In this document: positions 51,423 to 62,252 of the stretch, piece after piece
How positions within the stretch are numbered: position 1 is the stretch's first letter
How the letters are laid out: the number at the start of each line of letters is the position of its first letter
From: Octopus vulgaris
Lineage: Eukaryota
Direction: 5' to 3'
Assembly (NCBI GenBank): GCA_951406725.2
Contig: OX597819.1
Location: forward strand, 29,512,001 to 29,576,000
Length of the DNA: 64,000 bases
Program-made: the position numbers and the translations under genes
The notes under the pieces: generated by a model
Told to the model about the DNA's origin: nothing
The model's database searches: none
What the model saw: only the letters and a program-made list of their open reading frames with translations

Positions 51423-53758
51423 CAGTGATACCTTGCAGTACGAGTTTGATTCATTCCATAACCGAGCTCATTTTACGATTTACTTGTTTTGCAGATCAAT
51501 TTTTTCCCATTGAAATTAATTAAAATATAATTAATCTGTTCTAGCCCTACAAAACCACCCCAAAATCATTTTTTATGGGTTTTAAAATGGAAAGGTATGA
51601 TTACAAGGGAAATTACAATTATAAAAACATAATAACAGAGAATGCAAAAGAAATATGTAAATTGGTTTTATTAATTGAATTACCTTAAAGACGGGATGAT
51701 TTGTGTGTGAGGAAGACGATGACATGTTGAGGAAGAGGAGAATTACTGTTTGGAAGGAGAATCTCTTTTCATTAAGACTTCAGAAAGAACAATTTCTCTC
51801 TCACTTCGCTCAATGTAGGCTTTCTTGGTCACTTTCTTCACTTTCCACACTTGCAGATAATTTCATTAGCAACATACCAAGAGAAGTTTGCTTTTTTCTG
51901 CCTTTCAAAATGTTACAAAAATGCGCCATAGCTGTGTCATTAAATAAAGCAGCTGCATGACCTGTAGATATTTTTTCAGGGTGATTTTTTTTCCACAAAT
52001 TCAGAAACATGCTGCCACTTTGCCAACACTGTCTTTATGTCACTCGTAGAGATATTCTTCTCTGCTACACTGTCCTCTTCTGGGGAACCAATCTCTTCCA
52101 CGACATCCAAATGCTGCTGCTCCTGAAGCTGCAAGAGTTCATCTATCGTCAGCTCCCCTGAGTGTTCCTCAAGATGATTTATGTCCCTATCACCAACCTT
52201 GAAGCTCATGGACTTGCCAAGAGACATTACCTCCTCAGCTACAGGTATCTCAGACTCAAACTCCTTTAAGTCTCTTTCAGATACACTGCCAGGCCAAAGT
52301 TTCCTCCATGCAGAATTCAGCATTCTCATCACACCCTGCCAGGCCATATCAATGATTTACAGGCAGTAAACAATGTTGTAGTGCTCCTTCCAAAGCTCAT
52401 TAAGGGTTAGATTTGTATTTTCAGTGACATCAAAGCATTGATGAAACAGGTGTTTGGGATACAATTTCTTAAAATTAGAAATCATCTGTTGGTCTATGGG
52501 CTGCAAGATAGGGTGGTGTTGTGTGAAAGGTACAGAACTTTTAGATTCATCCAGGATGTCATCTTCAAGGTTAGGAGGGTGAGCAGGAACACTGTCGAGG
52601 ATGAGGAGGGCCTTGAGAGGAAGATCGTTCTTCAGAAGGTACTTTTGCACTGCTGGTCCAAAGACAAGTTTGACCCACTCGATGAAGAATTGCCTGGTGA
52701 CACAGGCTTTAATATTTGCTCTCCACATGACATGCAGCTTCTCTTTCAAGATTTTGTGCAACTTGAACGCTCGTGGACTTTTTGAACAGTAGACAAAGAG
52801 TGGCTTAATCTTCAAGTCTCCACTTGCATTGGTGGCCTGGTATCTTCTTCTCTGCAGTGATGTAGGTTCTTCTGGGCATTTTTTCCCAAAAATAGGCCAA
52901 AGGCCAGTTTCATCACAGTTGAATACCTGTTGTGCAATGTACCCCTTGGCTGCAATGAGCTAATGGAATTCATGCATAAAATCCTCAGCTGCCTTCATGT
53001 CAGAACTCGCTGCTTCTCCATATCTGACGACACTATGAACACCAATCCTCTTCTTGAAATTATCAAACCAGCTTCAATTGGCCTTAAGTCCATCTGCTGA
53101 TGTCATCTGTCGTTGTTCCAGGGTTCTGCTGCTGGAGAACCCCATGCAGTGCTCATGCTTTCTCGTAGATGATGGTCTCTGTCATCATATCCCCTGCGAG
53201 TTGCTTCTTGTTGATCCACAAGAGAAGCAATTTTTCCATTTCTTTATGGACAGATGTGTGTTGCTTAGAGAGCCTGGAGACAACCTTTGGCTGTTGTAAC
53301 AACCTTGATCTCATCCATTTTCTTCAGGATGGTGCAGATCATCGATGTTTCGGCCATATTGACATACAATGTCCACTACACACCTCTCTTATGCTTATCA
53401 ATGATTTCCTTCTTCAATTCTATCATAATCAGCTTTTTCTTCTTAGTACTGTCCTTTGCACTAACCTTCTTAGGACCCTTGGTTAACACAACTAATTATT
53501 ATATAATAACAGCAAAGGCGCACAAAACTAAAACAAAAAGTACTGGGAAAAACCCCAATAGGGATGCTGCCATGAGATAAGCACATTAACTGAGCAAGCA
53601 GAGGTTGCGCTTGTTGGGAGAGCATGTGTGAGCTGAGCGCCAACTAGCAGTTGCTTGAATGAAACTTACTCATACTGCAAGACAAAAATTTGCACAAGCC
53701 TCAGCTCATACAGCAAATTGCTCACGCTATGATGCACTCATCCTGCGAGTTTTTACTA
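51423..53758 (-). mobile_element. Full-length decayed Tigger/pogo DNA transposon (TIGD1-like transposase pseudogene, about 51690-53480)
   Basis: N-terminal GPKKVSAKDSTKKKKLIMIELKKEIIDKHKRGV (HTH). DDE_1-type motifs KPLFVYCSKSPRAFK, WRANIKACVTRQFFIEW, LLILDSVPAHP, LQPIDQQMISNFKKLY. Degenerate CAGT../..ACTA termini next to TA tracts. Confidence 0.92.
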
Positions 53759-53764
53759 TATATA

Positions 53765-54028
53765 TACCCCTTGGCTGCAATGAGCTAATGGAATTCATGC
53801 ATAAAATCCTCAGCTGCCTTCATGTCAGAACTCGCTGCTTCTCCATATCTGACGACACTATGAACACCAATCCTCTTCTTGAAATTATCAAACCAGCTTC
53901 AACTGGCCTTAAGTCCATCTGCTGATGTCATCTGTCGTTGTTCCAGGGTTCTGCTGCAGGAGAACTCCATGCAGCGCTCATGCTTTCTTGTAGATGATGG
54001 TCTCTGTCATCATATCCCCTGCGAGTTG

Positions 54029-54031
<3 letters not shown>
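53765..54031 (-). repeat. 267-bp direct copy of Tigger internal segment 52940-53206
   Basis: Colinear with about 5 substitutions, and flanked by (TA)n on both sides. Confidence 0.95.
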
Positions 54032-54064
<33 letters not shown>

Positions 54065-54261
54065 AAGGACTGAACACGAAAAGTGGACAGTCAACATGCT
54101 AGATATAGACGTCAAATCGCCATTCACCACAAAAGATTATGTTCTCAGATCAAACTCAAAATTGTGTTGAGTTTGATCTGAGAACATAATCTTTTGTGGT
54201 GAATGGCGATTTGACGTCTATATCTAGCATGTTGACTGTCCACTTTTCGTGTTCAGTCCTT
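54065..54261. repeat. Perfect 95-bp inverted repeat with 7-nt spacer
   Basis: Arms at 54065-54159 and 54167-54261, spacer AATTGTG. No mismatch seen. Confidence 0.95.
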
Positions 54262-54354
54262 AATTGGTATATATAAATATTTTAATTTCTACCCTTAATT
54301 AATTTTATATATATATATATATATATACACACACATTGGAAATTGTAGTTGTGA

Positions 54355-54676
54355 TACCTGTGCCGGTGGCACATAAAAAGCACCATCCGAACGTGGCCAA
54401 TGCCAGCCCCGCCTTCACTGGTTTCTGTGCCGGTGACACGTAAAAAGCACCAACCAATCATGGCCGCTGCCAGCCTCCCCTGGCACCTATGCCGGTGGCA
54501 CGTAAAAAGCACTCACTACACTCACGGAGTGATTGGCGTTAGGAAAGGCATCCAGCTGTAGAAACACTGCCAGATCAGACTGGAGCCTGGTGCAGCCTCC
54601 TGGCTTCCCAGACCCCGGTCGAACCGTCCAACCCGTGCTAGCACGGAAAACGGACGTTAAGCGATGATGATGATGA
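54355..54676 (+). mobile_element. Family D retroposon with three internal repeat units
   Basis: T(G/A)TGCCGGTG(G/A)CAC(G/A)TAAAAAGCAC repeated three times before the shared tail. Confidence 0.88.
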
Positions 54677-55239
54677 TATATATTGCCTTGAAAACACAGA
54701 GTAGATGAAACAGGGACAACTGATGAAGGGGAATATTCTTTATGATGCATGTCTCGCTTCTCTCTGTTTTTTTTTTCATTGTTTGCAAAAAAGGTTGTTT
54801 TTTATGTTTTTGTTTTTATGTTTCCATTTCTCATTGTGTTCAGCATTTTTTTGATGTCCCATACCTATAAATGCAATGTATATATACATATATATGTAGG
54901 TATGTACATATATGTATGTATATATGCATATATTTATATATTATTTATATTATGCGTATATTATGCGTGTGTGTGTGTGCGCACGTGTGTGTGTGCACGT
55001 GTGTGTGTATGCCAGCATGGAAGGTGATGATATATGTGTGAATTGTATAGAAAACATGATTACTCTAGTTCTATAAATTAAACTAAAACGGTCATATGTT
55101 CTATACAGTGTCTTTTGTAGCAACGCTTTTTTCTTATTTTTGCATGGAAAAAAAACCTTCAGAACAAAAGATTAAGTCAGAATACAATTATATATTTGAT
55201 GTCTAAAATAAAAGCTGTTCTCCATATATATATATATTA

Positions 55240-55398
55240 CCTATTTCAGTCATTAGACTATGGCCATGCTGAGGCACAGCCTTGAAGAATTTTTAGTCAA
55301 ACAAATCAACCCAGTACTTATTTTGTTGATCATCTTTTGCCAAACCACTAAGTTACAGGAATATAAATACACCAACGCTGGTGAACAAAAAGACAAAG

Positions 55399-55434
<36 letters not shown>

Positions 55435-55578
55435 CAGGCTTCTTTCAGTTTCTATCTACCAAATCCACTCACAAAGCTTTGTCTGGCCCCAAAACTGTAG
55501 TAGGTGGCACACAGTGGGACTGAACCTAGAACCATGTGGTTGGGAAGCAAGCTTTTTACCACACACCCACATCTGCAG
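55240..55578 (-). mobile_element. Family A SINE, diverged
   Basis: Matches family A with internal deletions. Confidence 0.8.
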
Positions 55579-56031
55579 CTAGTTTATACACACACACATT
55601 TATTTATTTATTTATTCATTCACATCAAGTAAACCTTTTCTTTCTTTTTCTGTATATTCATAGTTCCGGTGTTTATAGACTTCAGTAATTATCAAAACAG
55701 AAAAGCAAATGACTTACTTCAGTTATTTTGCTTACTATAACTGTCACCACCTACACACTACAATTTTATGACAAAAAATAACTATTTATCAACTAGTTGG
55801 TAACACTGTCTCAAGAGAAAATCATCTGTCAATGAAGAATTTCTTCACCACATTACTGTTCTATATATAATATTCCTATATATAATATTCACAACATCAC
55901 ATATCACTGGTCTATACAGAAAACTATACAATATCACACTAATATCACTTAGCCATATAGAATATTAAACCTTTCTATACTAATATCCCTGCTCTGTAAA
56001 TAATAAAAAAAAACATATATACATATATATT

Positions 56032-56070
<39 letters not shown>

Positions 56071-56237
56071 GAAAGAATGGAGTTGAACGACGAATTAACA
56101 AAATTCCTTTATTTTATTTTCGACATATGTTTCGAAGGCTGCATATTCCTAATTTCGAAGGAATAAGGGGTGCATTATAAGATAATACGATAATTCATTC
56201 AACTACTCAATTATTTATATATATATATATATATATA

Positions 56238-56484
56238 AATGTGCCCTTTTTAAAGCCTAGCCAGGATCATGGGCCCGATTTCCCGGTTTCTATGGTGTAT
56301 GTGCTCCCCAGCTGGATGGGACGCTAGTCCATCGGAGTGTTACTCATTTTTGCCAGCTGAATGGACTGGAGCAACATGAAATGAAGTGTTTTGCTCAAGA
56401 ACGCAACGCGTCGCCCAGTCCACGAATTGAAACCACAATCTTACTATCATGATGCTGACACCCTAACCACTAAACCAAGCGCCT
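56238..56484 (-). mobile_element. tRNA-headed SINE (core as at 29963, tail type 2)
   Basis: Reverse complement: TGGTTTAGTGGTTAGGG..GGTTTCAATTC..CAAAACACTTCATTTCA..GATGGACTAGCGTCCCATCCAG..GAAACCGGG. Confidence 0.8.
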
Positions 56485-57007
56485 CATTGCATCATATCAC
56501 GATGCTGTGTGGCAAGAATCTTTCTTCCTAACCACATGGTCTTGGGTTCAGTCTCATTGTGTGGTACCTTAGCCCCAAGCTGACCAAAGCCATGTGAGTA
56601 GATTTGGGAGACAGAAACAAAGCCATCTGTGTATGTGTGTGTGTGTGTGTGTGTGTGCATGCTATTATCTCTTTGTATTGACATCACGTGGTTCATAGGT
56701 GAGTGCCAACATTGTGCAAACAGTGTTTTTCATTTCCAGTCATCTGAGGCAAGTCTGGTCATGGAGAAATAATACCTGACTTAGAAATAAGTGAGGGTTG
56801 GCAACAGGAAAAGCATACAGCTGGAGGAAATCTACAACAAATTCTATCCAACCCATGCAAGCATGGAAAAGTGGACATTAAAAATGATAATGAATATTGT
56901 GAAGTTTTAACACAAGAGAGTAGTGAGCTTGTGCCAAAATATTGGTGACAATCATTTCATCTATTACAAACTCAATATTCTATTGATTTAATATATTTAA
57001 ACTACAA

Positions 57008-57176
57008 GGCGTAGGAGTGGCTGTGTGGTAAGTAGCTTGCTTACCAACAACATGGTTCCAGGTTCAGTCCCACTGCGTGGCACCTTGGGCAAGTGTCTTC
57101 TACTATAGCCTCGGGCTGACCAAAGCCTTGTGAGTGGATTTGGTAGACGGAAACTGAAAGAAGCCCGTCGTATATA

Positions 57177-57212
<36 letters not shown>

Positions 57213-57391
57213 CTAAACATCGCTTGACAACCGATGATGGTGTGTTCACATCCCATAACTTAGCAGTTCGGCAAAAGAGACTGATAAAATAAGTACTAGG
57301 CTTACAAAGAATAAGTCCTGGGGTTGATTTGCTCGACTAAAGGTGGTGCTCCAGCATGGCCACAGTCACATGACTGAAACAAGTAAAAGAG
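57008..57391 (+). mobile_element. Full-length tRNA-headed SINE, family A (reference copy)
   Basis: GGCGTAGGAG-TGGCTGTGTGGT (A box)..GGTTCAGTCCC (B box)..CCTTGGGCAAG..(TG)n..GAAACAAGTAAAAGAG. More than 10 relatives occur in the window. Confidence 0.92.
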
Positions 57392-57517
57392 TACAAGTGT
57401 ATTTCTCTTTCACCATAATAACTCATTGAAGTTGTTATCTACTCCTAAGTCAATTTTATTTAAAATTGTAAGGCAAGTGTTTTGAGTGAGGTCTGGCTGC
57501 TTTTTCTAACAGGTTAA

Positions 57518-57884
57518 AGTTTCAGACATTGGACTGCAGCCATGCTGGGGCACTATCTTGAAACATTTTAGTCAAACAAATTGATCCCAGTATAAGTCAG
57601 GTACTTCTCCTGTCAATCCATTTTGCTGAACCGCTAAGTTATGGGGATATAAACAAACCAACATTAGTTGTCATGTGTCAGTGGAGGACAAACACAAAGA
57701 CACATATAAATACACAAACACACATGATTCTTTCAGTTTCCCCTACAAAATCCACTTATAAGGTTTGGTCAGCCCAAGGCTATAGTAACAGACGCTGGCC
57801 CAAAATGTCATACAGTGGAACTGAACCTAAAATCATGTGGTTGACAAGCAATTTTCTTACCACACAGCCATGCATGACTGCACC
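57518..57884 (-). mobile_element. Family A SINE, diverged, inverted relative to the 57008 copy
   Basis: Reverse-complement match. Confidence 0.8.
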
Positions 57885-58617
57885 TATATTTACAAGTTGT
57901 AATATTTTAATTCCAAGTCGATTTTGGAGTGACAATGTTTTTATTTGTTTTTTTATGGTCACTGACTCCTGTATTATCAATGCTCAAGTGGCTGCCCATC
58001 CTGTTTGTCTGCCTATTTTGACCTTGTTCAGTTCAGTTACTGGTTATTTATTTGATAACACAAAAAAATCAAAAGAACCGTTTTATGTAAGAGAGTAATG
58101 ATACTTATAAAGAATGCTTCACTCGGCTTGACGAGTAATGTTATAAGTCACAGGATTGTATACGAATAACAATAATTGCAAGATCAATTGCAACAGGAAA
58201 ATCCATAAGTTACAAGTGCCAACATAATAAAAATAGATTTTATTGAACTTGGTAAGGATTTTTTTCCCCCCTCCTCCTCATCATTTTTTCCATGCTTGCA
58301 TAGATGAGACAGAATTTGAGGTAGATTTTCTACAGCAAGATACACTTCTTGTTGTTAACACTTGTTTCTAAGCAAGGTAGTTTTTTCCTCATGACCAGAC
58401 ATGTTTTCATGGAAGATTGGAAAAGAATGATACCACATGAATTACATTGGCACTTGTTTACAACTATCATGCAATTTTACAGCAAAGCGGCACAAACACA
58501 TATGTTCATACTTCTATACATACAGACATACATGCATACATACATAGACATACATAATAAACACACAGGCACATAAAATTATATATACATACATACACAC
58601 ACATGTGCAGATAAATA

Positions 58618-58953
58618 TCATCATCATCATTTAATGTCCGCTTTCCATGCTGGCATGGTTTGGACGATTTGACTGAGGACTGGTGAACCAGATGGCTGCA
58701 TCAGGGTCCAATCTGATCTAGCAGAGTTTCTACAATTGGATGCACTTCCTAACGCCAACCACTCTGAGAGTGGGTCCTTTTACGTGCCACCGGCACAAGA
58801 GCCAGTCAGGCAGTACTAGCAACAGCCATGCTCAAATGGTGCCACCTGCACAGGAGCCAGTCCAGCGGCACTGGCAATGACCTCACTCAAATATTTTTTC
58901 ACATGCCATTGACACAAGTGCCAGTAAGGTGGCGCTGGTAACGATCACGCTTG
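58618..58953 (-). mobile_element. Family D retroposon
   Basis: Reverse complement of the 14158-14533 type. Confidence 0.85.
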
Positions 58954-59084
58954 AAACATTAAACCATGTTTCTTTCCTGAGCATCTGCTAATACTTTACA
59001 TGAACCACATCCTCATGTTTTTTTTTGTGTTTGTTCTTCGTTTTGTGGGATTTAGTATATATATATATACATATATATAAATAA

Positions 59085-59270
59085 GGTTAATCCAAACAAG
59101 AAAGCACAAAAAAACGCGAGGACGTGGAATAAATATAGTATTATTGGACGCTCAGGAAAGAAGGAAGGTTTAACGTTTCGAGCGGAGCTCTTCGTCGGAA
59201 ACATAGGAGAAGGAAAGATCCAGAGAAGGGATGACAGGAAAAAAAATCGCCAACGGTACACACGCGGTCA
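59085..59270 (-). mobile_element. Young Penelope-type short remnant in (TA)n, hammerhead variant at 59169-59201
   Basis: TTT-CCGACGA-A-GAGC tcc GCTC-GAAAC-GTT-AAA. CpGs are intact. Confidence 0.65.
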
Positions 59271-59362
59271 TATATATACATACAGTAATCCCTCGTCTAT
59301 CGCGGGTTTTACGTTCTAAAACCTCCCACAGAAATAATTCAAATATAAAGGTGCGACATAGT

Positions 59363-59751
59363 GGATGGAAGCACTCCGTCGGTTACGACGATGAGGGTTC
59401 CGGTTGATCCGACCAACGGAACAGCCTGCTCGTGAAATTAACGTGTAAGTGGCTGAGCACTCCACAGACACGTGTACCCTTAACGCAGTTCTCGGGGATA
59501 TTCAGCGTGACACAGAGAGTGACAAGGCCGGCCCTTTGAAATACAGGTACAACAGAAACAGGAAGAAAGAGTGAGAGAAAGTTGTGGTGAAAGAGTACAG
59601 CAGGGATTACCACCATGCCCTGCCGGAGCCTCGTGGAGCTTTAGGTGTTTTCGCTCAATAAACACTCACAACGCCCGGTCTGGGAATCGAAACCGCGATC
59701 CTACGACCGCGAGTCCGCTGCCCTAACCACTGGGCCATTGCGCCTCCACTA
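59363..59751 (-). mobile_element. Young family C SINE (tail type 3) with ~10-bp TSD
   Basis: Intact head GGCGCAATGGCCCAGTGGTTAGGGCAGCGGACTCGCGG..GGTTTCGATTCCC. GC(G/A)ACATAGT at 59353-59362 and 59752-59761. Confidence 0.9.
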
Positions 59752-60047
59752 GCAACATAGTAGGACTGAGCTCAAAACCATGTGGTTGCAAAATGAGCTT
59801 CTTAACCACACAACCATGCCTACACGTACTGCGAATTATTGACAGTTTCTTGTTTACCTTTCACTTAGATTCAGAACAGTTTGTTTACTGTGTTATATGT
59901 ACAATGTTCGAAAGGTTAATACAGACGTGTCTGATGCTCACTGAATTCACCTCTTCATTTACGGCATGAAACATTTCAGTAAAAACATTTATCGACTGTT
60001 ATGAGATAATAATACCATAGAAATAATGATAACATGTAAAATTAGAG

Positions 60048-60400
60048 CTTACCTTGTTTAATTAATTATTCATAGACGTGTCGAACAAAATTATACATAA
60101 CATGTTTCGAAGATTCTCAAATACAGATTTTTAGTGCCTTAAATTATAAAATATCTGCACCTAGATCTTGTTTGTAGTGCACTGTCTAACAACCACTGGA
60201 TTATGGTTAACTTCTATTCCTAACAAATAAATAGTAGAGAGTACTAAAACGAAGTGGATAAACACGTTCAATGGACTTACGCCAATAAAAGTGAAACTTA
60301 GGCAAGTGTTCGGGTAAGTACTTCTTTTAAAAACATTTGACTGCATGGCAAGAGGATATCCGCTTTATTTAGGTATCAAACTTATCTAGTCAATAGAAAG
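60048..60400 (-). promoter_or_regulatory. Candidate TSS / non-coding first exon region
   Basis: Non-repetitive sequence that retains CpG. Strong minus-strand donors AAG|GTAAGC (exon end 60053) and GGC|GTAAGT (exon end 60281). No transcript evidence. Confidence 0.3.
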
Positions 60401-61082
60401 GTGTATGAAGATCAAGTTACAAGGAGGATCTTCAGGAAATCCTCTCTAGCCCCTCTATCAAATGACATTCAATCACATCCTAGAACTGACAAACACACTT
60501 TTTGCCTGACATGCTCTAACTTTTCTGCTAAACTTTATCTCAATAATCTATAATAATAATAAATGCCGAAACAAATTTCTGTTTCTTAGTGAGTCACGCT
60601 TTGACCCCTCTCACTATTCAATGACACTTCTACTCCTCTTGCTGGGGTGAGAGTAATAGTAGGCATAGAGACGGTGAGGGCGGTTGTAGATTGACAGTTG
60701 AGATGGTAATGGGGCGATAGAAATAGTATGAGTTGTAGTTCACATACAGATTTTTTAATTAAATTTTTTTAACTAAACACTTTGAAACTTCGAATACTGG
60801 TAGAATGTGACACGTAGAATGGGGTTTACTCTTTATGTTTTTGACAAAATTTTGTATATTAGAAGTTATTTCGTGTTAAAGTTGTCGTATTTGGGTAATT
60901 TTAAACCAATTGCATGTATTCAGCTACAGAAAATTGCTGCTGCTTGCGTACAAAAACTTCTGGGTCCACTGAGAAAATGATGAGTCTTCGACAACAGAAA
61001 AATTAATCTCCTCTAATAAAACCCTTCTTTAATAATGAGATGTTTTTATAGCAACATATATGAGAATGTACCCATCTATCAA

Positions 61083-61114
<32 letters not shown>

Positions 61115-61115
<1 letters not shown>

Positions 61116-61512
61116 TAGCAGTATCGCCTGGCGTTGTTCGGGTTTGTAAGGGAAATAACTGTATAAGCATTTTTAGAGAGTTATAGCCAAAAAATAGCAA
61201 AAAAATGCATTAAAAATGGAAAAAAAATTATGGTAAATTTTTTTTTAAATCATTGACTCATCATAGACATTTTTAGATAGTTACTTCCCTTTATATAATA
61301 GCGAAAAAATGCATTAAAATGGAAAAAAATTATGGTAATTTTTTTTTAAATCGTAGACTCATCGTAGACGCGCGCTGATACCCAGAAGGGCTCGATATGA
61401 ATCACGACTATAAGATACCCGGTTTTGGTTAAACTGCACCGCAAAATGTGGGAGTAGTTAGGAATCTAAATCGTAGGAGACAGACACACAACTTGACTTT
61501 TATATATAAAGA
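61115..61512 (-). mobile_element. Non-autonomous Helitron
   Basis: A|TC 5' end, 3' hairpin CCCGAACAACGCCAGG, then CTAG|T. Confidence 0.85.
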
Positions 61513-61597
61513 TATATATAAAGAAGCATTGGTTATAGAGCAAACATTAAATTTGGGTCAACGACTTTACATACAACACCACCCCTCAAACATTTAA

Positions 61598-62113
61598 TCT
61601 ATATATATAAAACTGTAGTTGTGTGAGTGTCTGTCCCCTACGATTTAGATTCCTAACTCCTCCCACATTTTGCGGTGCAGTTTAACCAAATTCGGGTATC
61701 TTATAGTCGTGATTAATATCGAGCCCGTCTGGCTATTAGCGCGCGCCTACGATGAGTCTACGATTTTAAAAATAATTTAACATCATTTTTTATTCCATTT
61801 TAATGCATAATTTTTCGTGTCTCGATGGCGGCGGAGTTGGCGTCCACGCTCAAACACCTGCACCTGTGTTTGCTTCTCCCCTTCTTCTCTCCCTCGTGAA
61901 GCTGTGGGGAAGGGAGTGTAAGGAAATCAACGTCGTAATGCGTTGTCAAGGAGACCAGCGTTCTTTTAGAACAACGACTTCATGGCTTGAAGACACCAAA
62001 ACAGAAATGGCTAAGAAAGCCCAAATTGGCATCTATAACGGAAGTAACTCTCTAAAAATGCTTATATAGTTATTTCCCTTACAAACCCGAGCAACGCCGG
62101 GCGATACTGCTAG
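61598..62113 (+). mobile_element. Non-autonomous Helitron with a GC-rich internal segment
   Basis: A|TCTATATATATAAAA ... CCCGAGCAACGCCGGG-CGATACTG-CTAG|T. Confidence 0.9.
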
Positions 62114-62252
62114 TAATATATAAGAATCACCATGGTTCACAAACACATAAAGATAATACATATACATAAAATCACAGAAGGTAAAAGCATATAATAGAAT
62201 GCTACAAAAGAATATAATCAAATTCTACAAGTAGAACAGCCTATCAAAAATA

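Noticed and set aside
59675-59748. tRNA-Arg(TCG)-like sequence (also 33997-34070 and 57008-57080)
   Set aside because: Acceptor stems do not pair and the sequence continues into SINE bodies, so these are SINE heads and not tRNA genes.
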